A stretch of 64,000 nt of DNA from contig JAUZNX010000004.1 of the NCBI GenBank assembly GCA_030706745.1, positions 218,152 through 282,151 on the forward strand, read 5' to 3'. A program made the translations under genes and the position numbers. Under the pieces are notes generated by a model. The model searched no databases, was not told where the DNA came from, and was given only the letters and a program-made list of their open reading frames with translations. This DNA is from Bacteroidota bacterium (GTDB lineage Bacteria; Bacteroidota; Ignavibacteria; Palsa-1295). This document shows positions 1-9,050 of this stretch, piece after piece; positions within the stretch are counted from its first letter, which is position 1, and every line of letters starts with the position of its first letter.

Positions 1-1
1 G

Positions 2-211
2 AAGAAGGTGCGCGCACGGATCGAGATGGTGCGCGATGGGCGAATGAACGACCCAGATTTTGGAAGCCGCATGCGTGGGACCGGTGCGTACGCGGACTAT
101 ATCAAGGATGTCTTCAAAAAAACATGCACACGTCTCGGCTTAAACCAGGATCATGCCGAACTCACCACGGAGCATTTCCGACGCCCGGGAGAGATGACCC
201 TGTTCGATTGA
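2..211 (+). CDS. 3' end of an upstream gene truncated by the window edge; product unknown
   Basis: Open frame runs from the first base to a stop at 211, so the ORF-track M at 8 is internal. No recognisable motif. Confidence 0.3.
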   Translation, partial: KKVRARIEMVRDGRMNDPDFGSRMRGTGAYADYIKDVFKKTCTRLGLNQDHAELTTEHFRRPGEMTLFD

Positions 212-257
212 TGGTGCGCCGCTCAATCGGTTTTGTCGCGAGCGGTGTTGTGCGCAT

Positions 258-1529
258 GTGACCAAATCGATTGCGATCGTGGGTGGGGGAGCGGGCGGCA
301 TCTTTGCAGCACTCGGAGCTGCACGAACTGCTCGTGAGCATGCGCAACATATTGCGGTACATCTGTTCGAACGCAATGCACGTCTCGGAATTAAGATTCT
401 CATCTCGGGTGGGGGCAAGTGCAATATTACCCATGCAGGTCCAACGAATGAGGTACTGCGGGAGGGCTTCCCGCAAAAGAACGAGCAACGATTCCTTAAA
501 TTCTCGCTGCACACCTATACCAACAATGATGTGCTTGCGCTGCTCGCCGCGCATGATGTCTCGTGTCACGCACGGGAAAATGGTCGTGTCTTTCCCAATT
601 CAGGTCGAGCTGATGATGTGCTCGCCGCGTTCGAAGCGGAATTGCAGAACGCGAATGTCATACTCCATTTGAATTCGCGCGTCACCAAAATCGAATCTAT
701 TGCCGGTGCGTGGGAAGTCGTCACCGATAGGCAGTCATTGAAGGCTGACGCATTGATACTGGCTACCGGCGGCACGAGCTATCGCAAAGTGGGAACGACC
801 GGTGATGGCCTGACTTATGCCGCTCGGCTCGGACATACGATCGTGCCGAATCGCGCGGCTCTTGCGCCGATCTATTTGAAGCATCCGCCGGAACAAGATC
901 TGGTCGGTATCGCACTTCGTGATATTGAACTTCTGATTGTTCGTGACAAACAGACACTCAGCGCGTTGCGGGGCGATGTCCTATTGACCCACCGCGGGCT
1001 CTCCGGTCCTACCGTGCTCGGTATTAGCCGCGAAGCCGCAGTGCATGCCGAACGTGGTTCGATTGAATTGGCTGCGAACTTGCTGGGCATGAATGAAGAG
1101 CAAGTGCGCACCACACTAACCGACCTTCAGGGCACTCGCTCGCAGCAGCAAATCAAGACGTGGCTCGAGGAGTTGCTTCCAAATCGATTTGTGCCGCACA
1201 TTCTCGCGCAGGCCCGACTACCAATCGACCGGAAGTGGCACGCACTCACGCGGGAAGAACGGGTCCGGTTGCGCTCGGCACTCACACACTATTCCTTTGG
1301 CCTGGTTGCGGATATACCGGTCGATCGCGGCGAGGTCACGGCCGGCGGAGTAAGCCTCGCGGAGGTGGCACCTGCAACGATGAAGTCGTGGCTTATTCCG
1401 AATCTCTATTTTGCCGGGGAGATGCTTGACATTGCTGGCGAGATTGGCGGATACAATCTTCAGGCGGCATACTCGACCGGTTGGGTGGCCGGATCAGCAG
1501 CGGCGCAATCCATTTTGGAGCACGCATAA
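258..1529 (+). CDS. HI0933/BaiN-family NAD(P)/FAD-dependent flavoprotein oxidoreductase
   Basis: N-terminal dinucleotide-binding GGGAGG motif (IAIVGGGAGGIFAA). ILISGGGKCNITH block typical of the HI0933 family. About 420 aa. Confidence 0.8.
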   Translation: MTKSIAIVGGGAGGIFAALGAARTAREHAQHIAVHLFERNARLGIKILISGGGKCNITHAGPTNEVLREGFPQKNEQRFLKFSLHTYTNNDVLALLAAHDVSCHARENGRVFPNSGRADDVLAAFEAELQNANVILHLNSRVTKIESIAGAWEVVTDRQSLKADALILATGGTSYRKVGTTGDGLTYAARLGHTIVPNRAALAPIYLKHPPEQDLVGIALRDIELLIVRDKQTLSALRGDVLLTHRGLSGPTVLGISREAAVHAERGSIELAANLLGMNEEQVRTTLTDLQGTRSQQQIKTWLEELLPNRFVPHILAQARLPIDRKWHALTREERVRLRSALTHYSFGLVADIPVDRGEVTAGGVSLAEVAPATMKSWLIPNLYFAGEMLDIAGEIGGYNLQAAYSTGWVAGSAAAQSILEHA

Positions 1530-1537
1530 AAAAAACG

Positions 1538-1567
1538 GCAGTCCCCGTTAAGGGCCTGCCGCCGTGT
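1538..1567. terminator. bidirectional intrinsic terminator between convergent genes
   Basis: A8 run, then a ~10-bp imperfect stem (ggcagtcccc / agggcctgcc) with a gtta loop. On the minus strand it reads as hairpin plus T8, directly after the stop of 1662..2084. Confidence 0.5.
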
Positions 1568-1661
1568 TCTGCTGCTATTGCTTCTTCAATGACTCTCCTG
1601 TGAGTGAGGTCATTCCGGGCGGATGCTGCTTATCATCCGCGCCGCTCGGTGAGAGTTACAC

Positions 1662-2084
1662 TTAGTTCATTTGATCCTTGCGAAGTGAGGCATCACGCTC
1701 GAGTGTCGCCTCTCGCATGACCACTGTGAAATCCTGTTCGATCTGCTGAGTGTGCTCGCTTTCCGGTGTCGTGATGAGCACGTCCTTCGTCAGGATCGAA
1801 TCGCCTTCGAGGTGTACCCAGTATGATTTACCGGGCTTGAGGATCACGAGATATTTTCCCGTCTCCTTGTTCGATGTACTGCTGGTGATCTCGCGCGCGG
1901 TATCTCCGACGACGCGGACACTGACGCGCACCGAGGTCGGCTTCGCGTTATCCTCGGAACGAACAGTGCCTTTAAGTACGACAACTGCGTGCGAAAGTTG
2001 CGCGCGCGCGGTCGTGCCCTGCCCTGTCATAAAAATTATAAGGAGTCCTGTGAAAATGGCAGCGTGAAGAGAAATTGGCTTCAT
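1662..2084 (-). CDS. hypothetical secreted protein
   Basis: Clear N-terminal signal peptide (hydrophobic core then ARAQ). Followed by the terminator hairpin. No catalytic motif. Confidence 0.5.
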   Translation of the reverse strand: MKPISLHAAIFTGLLIIFMTGQGTTARAQLSHAVVVLKGTVRSEDNAKPTSVRVSVRVVGDTAREITSSTSNKETGKYLVILKPGKSYWVHLEGDSILTKDVLITTPESEHTQQIEQDFTVVMREATLERDASLRKDQMN

Positions 2085-2404
2085 GTATGGGCGAAGGTGA
2101 ATGGTGATTAATGGAGCTTCCGGTGTGATGGCAAAAATACGATGCGTCGATTACGGTGTTATGACGGGAGAGTTACCCGTTCATGGCATGATTCAATGTT
2201 CACTAAAGGCTGCAAATACGCTGCTGACACTCCATTACGTCCATTTGAATGCCAGCTTTCCGGATCACACCAATTTGCGTTTTATCTACTTGTCTTTGGC
2301 AGGTTCCCAATCCAGATGGTGGGCAGTCAAGTGAACACCTGGGAGGTCGGACTGTATACTCTGGCATTTCTGTTACTATATCATTAATTCTTCGTATTAT
2401 TGTT

Positions 2405-3235
2405 ATGATACCGCGTTTTAGTATCCTTCAGGCCGCGACCCTTGCATCGCTTGCCCTTGTGGGTTGCTCCTCATCCACGAGCACGACCCGCACGCCAGCC
2501 GCACCCGTAAAGGCCGCGAGTGCCATCGAGATCGGTCGGCTCCGCACCGCGCTCGATGCTGAATCCTTCGTCGCACGTACTCTCTATGTCGAAGGCGATA
2601 TCACGCTCGATCAAAACGGCGAATCGAATTCGGCCACCTTTGTGATGCGAAGCAAGCGACTCAGCGAGACAGGCCGAATCGATTCATTGAGTATCGAGAT
2701 CAAAGGACCCTTCGGTATTAAGGTGGCGCGTTTTCTTGCGGCGCCGGAAGGTTACAAGTTTTATGACGTCCTACATGGCGAAACGATGAGCGGCAAGACA
2801 GATGCGCATGCCCTGGAAGGGTTGACACATCTCCGTGGCCTTTCACTCGCAATGATGAGCGATCTTGCGTTCGGACTCGCGCCGGGCATCGATGCCGTTA
2901 GCGCCGAGGATTCCGTCACACTATTAACCTCCGGCACTCTCGAACAGCTCATTGTTCGGCGCCCGGAGGATGTATCGGAAATAATCGATCTGGAGAGTAG
3001 TAGTCATAGTGCCGCTTCGCCGGTCCTTGTCGATCGGTATCGACGGTGGAATGGCACGGCAACGGATGGGCCACCAGCGGTTGCAATTCGTTTTTCAAAT
3101 CGGACACTCCTCGATGGCTTCTCGATTCCGAAACACATTGAAGCGAATGCTGGAATTGACAAACTCACGCTCGATTACACGAGGATCGAACTGAACCCCA
3201 GTCCGATCACGGTGAAAATCAAAATGCCCAAGTAA
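2405..3235 (+). CDS. putative lipoprotein; a LolA-like fold is possible but not established
   Basis: Start moved to the internal ATG at 2405 (MIPRFSILQAATLASLALVGCSSS), giving a lipobox-like signal with Cys. Remainder has no recognisable catalytic motif. Confidence 0.5.
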   Translation: MIPRFSILQAATLASLALVGCSSSTSTTRTPAAPVKAASAIEIGRLRTALDAESFVARTLYVEGDITLDQNGESNSATFVMRSKRLSETGRIDSLSIEIKGPFGIKVARFLAAPEGYKFYDVLHGETMSGKTDAHALEGLTHLRGLSLAMMSDLAFGLAPGIDAVSAEDSVTLLTSGTLEQLIVRRPEDVSEIIDLESSSHSAASPVLVDRYRRWNGTATDGPPAVAIRFSNRTLLDGFSIPKHIEANAGIDKLTLDYTRIELNPSPITVKIKMPK

Positions 3236-3298
3236 ATCGTGCTACGCTCGGTACTCGTTACTTTCTTTTGTTGCGCGAACCATATTGTTGAGTAAGGC

Positions 3299-4069
3299 AT
3301 GATCGAAATCCTTCGTCTCAGTAGGCGTTACGGCGACACTCTTGCCGTAGAGGACTTGTCGCTTCGGATCGAGACGGGCGAGATCTTTGCGCTGCTCGGA
3401 CCGAATGGCGCAGGAAAATCGACGACGGTGAAGGTCTTGACGGGCCTGATCCGACCCTCGACCGGACTGGTCCGCGTTGCTGGCTTTGATGTCGTCGAGA
3501 ATCCCATCGAAGTAAAATCGCGCACCGGGTATGTGCCCGAGAATGCTGTACTTTATGAGAGCCTCACGGCCGATGAGTATCTCGATCTCATCGGTGAACT
3601 TCGACACATGGAGAAGGAACGGCTTCATGCTCGCCGGGATGAGTTGTTCGCACTCTTCGATCTGCAATCGGAAGACCGAAAGAAACTACTCTCGGAATTC
3701 TCCAAAGGGATGAAGCAGAAAGTCCTGCTAATCGCTGCGCTCGCACATAATCCGGAAGTGTTGATTCTCGATGAGCCGCTTTCAGGCCTGGATGCCAGTG
3801 CCGCGCTGATTTTCAAGGAAGTGCTTCGCCGCTACGCGCACGAAGGCAATAAGACAATCTTCTTCTCCTCGCATGTTCTCGATGTGGTCGAGCGGCTCTG
3901 CGATCGTATCGCGATCATCAGCAAAGGGCGTCTCATCGCAATTGGTACCGCGCCGGAATTGCTCGAACAAGCCGGGGAGCCTTCGCTCGAACGTGCATTC
4001 AATCGGCTTACCGGCGGCGCGGACATCGAGCGCTCGACCGAAGATGTCTTGCGCGCGTTGCAGGAATGA
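3299..4069 (+). CDS. ABC transporter ATP-binding protein (ABC-2 type ATPase)
   Basis: Walker A GPNGAGKST, ABC signature LSGLD within LILDEPLSGLD, Walker B and H-loop present. 256 aa. Confidence 0.9.
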   Translation: MIEILRLSRRYGDTLAVEDLSLRIETGEIFALLGPNGAGKSTTVKVLTGLIRPSTGLVRVAGFDVVENPIEVKSRTGYVPENAVLYESLTADEYLDLIGELRHMEKERLHARRDELFALFDLQSEDRKKLLSEFSKGMKQKVLLIAALAHNPEVLILDEPLSGLDASAALIFKEVLRRYAHEGNKTIFFSSHVLDVVERLCDRIAIISKGRLIAIGTAPELLEQAGEPSLERAFNRLTGGADIERSTEDVLRALQE

Positions 4070-4114
4070 TTCAGCACGGATTGCGTTGCCGTCCTAACAC
4101 ACATCGGAGGAATT

Positions 4115-4312
4115 ATGCCAGCAGTGTCTGTATCGGCATCCATTGATATTCGCAAGATCGAGATCACCGAGGTTGTTCGTATCAGCGATTGGCTCGACAA
4201 GTATATTCGTCTCGAAAATCCGGCGCTTACCGATAGCGAATTACTGCTCGATGTTCTGGTCCGTTCGACCAGAGAGTACGAAGGGGATTTCGGAGTGTTC
4301 GAGCAGTCATAG
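4115..4312 (+). CDS. small hypothetical ORF (65 aa)
   Basis: Only an ORF immediately after the ABC ATPase. No motif. Its end abuts the convergent acyl-CoA synthetase stop. Confidence 0.2.
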   Translation: MPAVSVSASIDIRKIEITEVVRISDWLDKYIRLENPALTDSELLLDVLVRSTREYEGDFGVFEQS

Positions 4313-4314
4313 AC

Positions 4315-6042
4315 TTAGCCTTTCCGAAACTGTGCCGTTTTCCACTCCCGAAAGAGCGGCTTGCACTTGTTCCTCTGGTATTTGCCGGTGCTCGTGACGG
4401 GAATATCGCTGCCAAAGACAATCACCTTTGGCGCTTTTGCATGTGGGAGTTCGGTGCGACAAAACGCGATGACATCATCGGCATTAAGGGACGCACCCTC
4501 ATTCGGCTGCACATAGGCACCGACCTCTTCGCCATAAAAATCATTCTCGAACCCAACGGCAATCGCAGCCTTCACACCGGGACACCGAGCGAGCACTTCA
4601 TCGATCTCGAGCGGTGAAATGTTGACGCCGCCGCGAATGATCAGTTCCTTCAATCGTCCCGTGATAAAGAAGAACTTGCGCGTCTGATCGTCGAGCTGAT
4701 AAAAGCCTTCATCACCCGACCGAAACCAACCATAGTTGAACGTCTTCTCATTGGCGTCAGCATTTTCGTAGTAGTACTTCATCACGTTGACGCCGCGAAT
4801 GGCGATCTCGCCTTTCTCGCCTGCCGGGAGTTCGTGTCCCCGCTCGTCCGCGATCATCATATTGTTCTGGGGTATCGCCACACCGATGGCCGGAAATCCG
4901 AAATCGCGCATCCAGTGACGATGTTGTTCCGGCGTGAGATCGATTGGCAAGAAGCACGAGTAACAGGTGGTTTCGCTCAGGCCATAGCCGTGCACGATGG
5001 AAATGCCGAACGTCTCTTCGAATTCCTGCGCTAACTCGACTGTGAGCGGGCCGGCGCCGCAGATGATATGCCTGAGAGTGGAGAGTGGAGAGTGGAGAGT
5101 GGAGAGAGCGGACTCGTTGCTCTCATTGCTCTTATCCAAACGATGAGTCCCGTTAGTCCTACTATATTCCAGCAAGAAGGCCAGCAAGGTAGGCACAACG
5201 CTTACCACATTCACCCGCTCGTTTACGATTCGTTCGAAGAAATGCTCGGACTGAAATTTCTGGTTGAGTATGACGGTGCCACCAAAGTACATTGGGGTGA
5301 CGAGCGTTACGACCGTGCCATTGACATGATGGATCGGCAATACACACATCATCCGCTGAGAATTCGTCATCGCGTGCCACTCGGTAATGCCCCGGGCATC
5401 GCAGAGCAAGTTGTATTGCGTAAGCACGACTCCTTTGGGGTTGCCCGTCGTGCCACTGGTATAGACGATGAGAGCCTCGTCGCTGATCGTGACCGCTTCC
5501 TGGCTGGTATAGAACGGAGATGCCTGATCGACCGAGTCCTCGAAGCTTCCCGGAACATCCACTCCACACAGCAGGACAGAGGCAACAGTGGGGACCGACG
5601 CGAGAATCGGCAGGATACGCTCGGAGTAGTCCGATCTCAAAAAGGCAAGCTTCGCCTGACTATTCTCAAGGATATACCGGATGCGGTGGTCGTCCTCTGA
5701 AAGACTGACCGGGACGACACAGACTCCCATAAGCCACGCGGCAAAATACTGGAGAACGGTATCCGAATGATTGTGGCTGATCGTTGCAACCCGATCCCCT
5801 CGCCGGATGCCGTGCGCATGCATGACATTGGCGCATTGCGAGACAAGCGCGAAGAAATCCTTATATCCCAATTGCGTTCGGTTGCCGGCCAGATCATAGA
5901 AGATCAAATACGGTTTTGTGTCATAATACCGCGCTTGCCGGAACAGCAATTCCCCAATATTCTGATAATCGATCTTGCCCGGATCCGGATTATCAATCGA
6001 ACGGGCGTGCGCAATTCTGGCGGTCAAATCATCCGATAACAT
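4315..6042 (-). CDS. AMP-dependent synthetase/ligase (long-chain acyl-CoA synthetase family)
   Basis: AMP-binding motif YTSGTTGNPKGV. GYGLSET, FRSGDEG and C-terminal TGKYQRNK blocks typical of adenylate-forming enzymes. Confidence 0.85.
   Translation of the reverse strand: MLSDDLTARIAHARSIDNPDPGKIDYQNIGELLFRQARYYDTKPYLIFYDLAGNRTQLGYKDFFALVSQCANVMHAHGIRRGDRVATISHNHSDTVLQYFAAWLMGVCVVPVSLSEDDHRIRYILENSQAKLAFLRSDYSERILPILASVPTVASVLLCGVDVPGSFEDSVDQASPFYTSQEAVTISDEALIVYTSGTTGNPKGVVLTQYNLLCDARGITEWHAMTNSQRMMCVLPIHHVNGTVVTLVTPMYFGGTVILNQKFQSEHFFERIVNERVNVVSVVPTLLAFLLEYSRTNGTHRLDKSNESNESALSTLHSPLSTLRHIICGAGPLTVELAQEFEETFGISIVHGYGLSETTCYSCFLPIDLTPEQHRHWMRDFGFPAIGVAIPQNNMMIADERGHELPAGEKGEIAIRGVNVMKYYYENADANEKTFNYGWFRSGDEGFYQLDDQTRKFFFITGRLKELIIRGGVNISPLEIDEVLARCPGVKAAIAVGFENDFYGEEVGAYVQPNEGASLNADDVIAFCRTELPHAKAPKVIVFGSDIPVTSTGKYQRNKCKPLFREWKTAQFRKG
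5074..5108. repeat. heptanucleotide microsatellite (GAGAGTG)x4 plus one imperfect unit, inside the acyl-CoA synthetase CDS
   Basis: Perfect GAGAGTG units at 5074, 5081, 5088 and 5095, then GAGAGAG. On the coding strand it encodes ALSTLHSPLSTL in frame. Confidence 0.9.
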
Positions 6043-6084
6043 GCGAAACGCAACACATCCGTGGCGTCGGGGGTGTCCGGATTC

Positions 6085-7920
6085 TCAACCACGCTTAACA
6101 CGTTTGACCTTTCGCTTCCCTAACAGAGCTTTGCGAAGTGCGAGTTGAGATGGACGGTCCTTTGCGCTAACCAATGCTTTGCTTTTTGCCGAAGGCGAAC
6201 CTGGAACGAGCACGGTTACCGCATGTGCGTTGTGGACGACTTTCAACTTCACGGGCTCACCGCGTCGAGCAGCGGCTTTGGCCTCGGCAACTGCTCGCTC
6301 CGATACCCGTTCGCCGTTGATTGCCGTTACCGTATCGCCCTTTTCGAACGGCGAATGCACGACCGTGTCGCGCGGTGTTGCTGTAATGATCGCCGTACCG
6401 GCAGCATTCAATGCCAGGTCCAGACCCAATTGACCGTTGGACTTCATCGCCTCGGGTAATTCTTTTGCCGCCCCGAGTTTGTCCAGATAGGCCTCGACCG
6501 GTAGTGGCTCCGTGCCGGCGATGTAGCGTACGTAGATCGTATCCAGCGGCGTATCGGAGAATTTCTCGATGGTGTTGATAAACTTCTTATCATCATAGGT
6601 TCGCCCGCTCGATGCCTCTGAGGACATGCGAAGGAGGACGTTGTCAAGCGAGCGTTGCCCGTGCGTTCGCGATCGAATCTCGATGTCCATGAGCAGTGCT
6701 GCCAGAGCACCACGTGCGCGCAAGGCCTCGCAGTGTGACGGTTCGTATTTAGCCGCACGTTCGGACAGCGTTTCGAGCGAAATATGATCGGACGATTCCG
6801 CGCATGCTTCCCAGCGGTCGATGGCATCGAAAAATGCGGACGGGGTCAGATAGCCATAGCGCACCAGCAAAAGATCGGCATAATAGTCTGAGAGGCCTTC
6901 GTTAAACCACAGCGAGCGCGCGGAGAGCGGCAAGGCAAAATCAACCGGACCGAGTGCCGAGATGTGGAATTGTTTGCCGTTCCATGTCTTAAAAAATGTG
7001 GATGCGATCAGGTGCTCGTCGTTCTCTCCGTTCGCGGCCCAGTCGGCGCCTGCGATGGTAAAAATGCTCGATCCGGCATGTGCAAGACCGAACCGTTCGG
7101 CACGACCGGAACCTGCATAAACTGCGAACATATATTCCCGAAACGGCACCTTGCCATAGAACGAAGTCTCTGCAAGTACGACCCGTCGCGCCCGCATCGC
7201 AAAGGAGTCGATCGGAAAGCTCTCATCGCCGGCGGCAACGACGAGATAATTTACACCGCTTTCAGCGAACGAGGAAGTCTTCAGACCGGGCGCAACGATC
7301 AGTGGCGCATCTGCCAGCGATTCGTAATCTGATACTTTATAGACCAGTTGATGAAATCGAGCTTCGTCAGTAAAATCTCCATCGCTCGCGGATTCGAGCG
7401 TTGTCGCCACCAGCCAATCCTTCGGCACCGTAAGAATGATGGTCGCAGGGATGTCCTTGTTATCATTCACATACCCGAAGAGTGCCTCTGTATTCGCGAA
7501 GACTCCGTCTGCGTCAATCTTTGCAATGCCAACGAGGGGCGTAGTATTGTCCGAAGCTGAGTTCTCGATGCGGTATCGAATCTCACCGATCGACGTGGCA
7601 TTTCCGATCTTCCATCGATCGGTTTTCACCCGCTTGATCGAGAGCTCGTGCCCGGCCGTGTCATACGCGGTCAAATCCTTAATGAACCGGCCATAGTGAA
7701 ATTCGCTGTAGATTCCAGGCACCCAAACCGGCATCTGAAAGGTCAGGGTGTCTGGGCGCAGATCCAGCAACTGGATCGTGATGGCAGCGTAGTGCTCCGC
7801 GGCATGAGTGAGATCCACGCGATACACCAGCCGCTGGGCGTTCGAGACCAATGGCCAGGTCGCGACCAGCCAACAAAGTAGTAGGGCTCTCGCAAGAGCC
7901 CGTGAAATAGCTTTCGACAT
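6085..7920 (-). CDS. secreted PDZ-domain protein, M61 (glycyl aminopeptidase)-like but lacking an HEXXH motif
   Basis: Signal peptide. ~500-aa body with an FFKTWNGK block resembling the M61 HEFFHxWN region but without the His residues. C-terminal PDZ-like segment (GLDLALNAAGTAIITA...GDTVTAING). Basic C-terminal tail. Confidence 0.55.
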   Translation of the reverse strand: MSKAISRALARALLLCWLVATWPLVSNAQRLVYRVDLTHAAEHYAAITIQLLDLRPDTLTFQMPVWVPGIYSEFHYGRFIKDLTAYDTAGHELSIKRVKTDRWKIGNATSIGEIRYRIENSASDNTTPLVGIAKIDADGVFANTEALFGYVNDNKDIPATIILTVPKDWLVATTLESASDGDFTDEARFHQLVYKVSDYESLADAPLIVAPGLKTSSFAESGVNYLVVAAGDESFPIDSFAMRARRVVLAETSFYGKVPFREYMFAVYAGSGRAERFGLAHAGSSIFTIAGADWAANGENDEHLIASTFFKTWNGKQFHISALGPVDFALPLSARSLWFNEGLSDYYADLLLVRYGYLTPSAFFDAIDRWEACAESSDHISLETLSERAAKYEPSHCEALRARGALAALLMDIEIRSRTHGQRSLDNVLLRMSSEASSGRTYDDKKFINTIEKFSDTPLDTIYVRYIAGTEPLPVEAYLDKLGAAKELPEAMKSNGQLGLDLALNAAGTAIITATPRDTVVHSPFEKGDTVTAINGERVSERAVAEAKAAARRGEPVKLKVVHNAHAVTVLVPGSPSAKSKALVSAKDRPSQLALRKALLGKRKVKRVKRG

Positions 7921-8001
7921 AAGGAAAAATTATCCGAGGGGGCGCTTCGGAGAGCCCATTAAGATGAAGGTCAAAGGCCGTGCCATACGCCACTATGAAT
8001 T

Positions 8002-9036
8002 ATGGGACGGGAAATTTTGTCTTTGCGGATTATTCTGAACTCATCCACCACATTTCGTCGGATTTTGCTCGGCTTAGTCTTGCTCGAGCAAATCCGCGCA
8101 TACATCGTTCTGACTCAGGCGCGCTATTCCGGCCAGGGTCTCGCGACGGAGTATTTTCGACTCAACACGACCAGTGACTTGCTTTCCCTGGGCTTTGCGA
8201 TCCTCATTGTTGCACTGACCTGTTGGGGCATGCTGTTCCCACGACGAATCGGGGAAGGTCGTACGCTGACACTTGCGCTGTTTTCGACCGTGATGCTCTG
8301 GCTCGACTATGGCGTCCGCAGAAGCGAGGCCAGCGACTTTTCGCCTGAGGCCGCAGTGGCACTGTTACTCTCCATGTGTCTCTTACTGGCCGTTCTACTG
8401 ACGCACTCCAGACCGCAGCTTTCCGTTTGGGCAAAGTCCTTTCGGATATTGCGCAACACGGGAGTGATCCTGCTGTTATTCGTCCTATTCGCGTTTGGAT
8501 ATGCCTTTGTGTTCCCGACCTATTCGGGTACGCAAGAGATTATCGGGTTCAATGCCGATGCCGGTGTGGTCCTCGGTGCGGCGGTGTGGCGTGGACATGG
8601 GTTAGGTGACCGGCCAAGTCCAGCGCTTCAGGAGCGCCTCGACGTTGGATATGATCTTCTGGTCCGGCGGGCCGTGCCACGGTTGGTCCTGACCGGAGCG
8701 AGTGCGCCCGGCGAGTTAGCCGAGGCAGAGGTTGCCCGGCAAGATCTTCTGAAGCGTGGAATCGATGCCTCGCAAATCATCATGGAGACGACATCGCATA
8801 CAACTCTGGAGCAGGTCCGCTATATGCGCGAAGAGTTGCAGGGAAAGCAAAACTGGTCGCGTTTTGTCCTCATCAGCGATCAGTATCATCTTGCGCGCGT
8901 GAGTGAAATGTGCCGGTTCAATCGGCTGAGCACAATTGCCTGCCCATCACGGATTCGACAATCATTTCTGGACCTCCTCTATTATCGTCTTCGGGAGAGC
9001 GTTGCGCTCATGGAGTATTGGCTCCTGGGGAGATAG
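8002..9036 (+). CDS. membrane protein with a C-terminal DUF218/YdcF (SanA/ElyC-like) domain
   Basis: Several N-terminal hydrophobic segments. C-terminal region matches the DUF218 pattern (VLGAAVW...LVLTGAS...ISDQYHLARV). Confidence 0.65.
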   Translation: MGREILSLRIILNSSTTFRRILLGLVLLEQIRAYIVLTQARYSGQGLATEYFRLNTTSDLLSLGFAILIVALTCWGMLFPRRIGEGRTLTLALFSTVMLWLDYGVRRSEASDFSPEAAVALLLSMCLLLAVLLTHSRPQLSVWAKSFRILRNTGVILLLFVLFAFGYAFVFPTYSGTQEIIGFNADAGVVLGAAVWRGHGLGDRPSPALQERLDVGYDLLVRRAVPRLVLTGASAPGELAEAEVARQDLLKRGIDASQIIMETTSHTTLEQVRYMREELQGKQNWSRFVLISDQYHLARVSEMCRFNRLSTIACPSRIRQSFLDLLYYRLRESVALMEYWLLGR

Positions 9037-9050
9037 AAGGTCGCCGGGGC

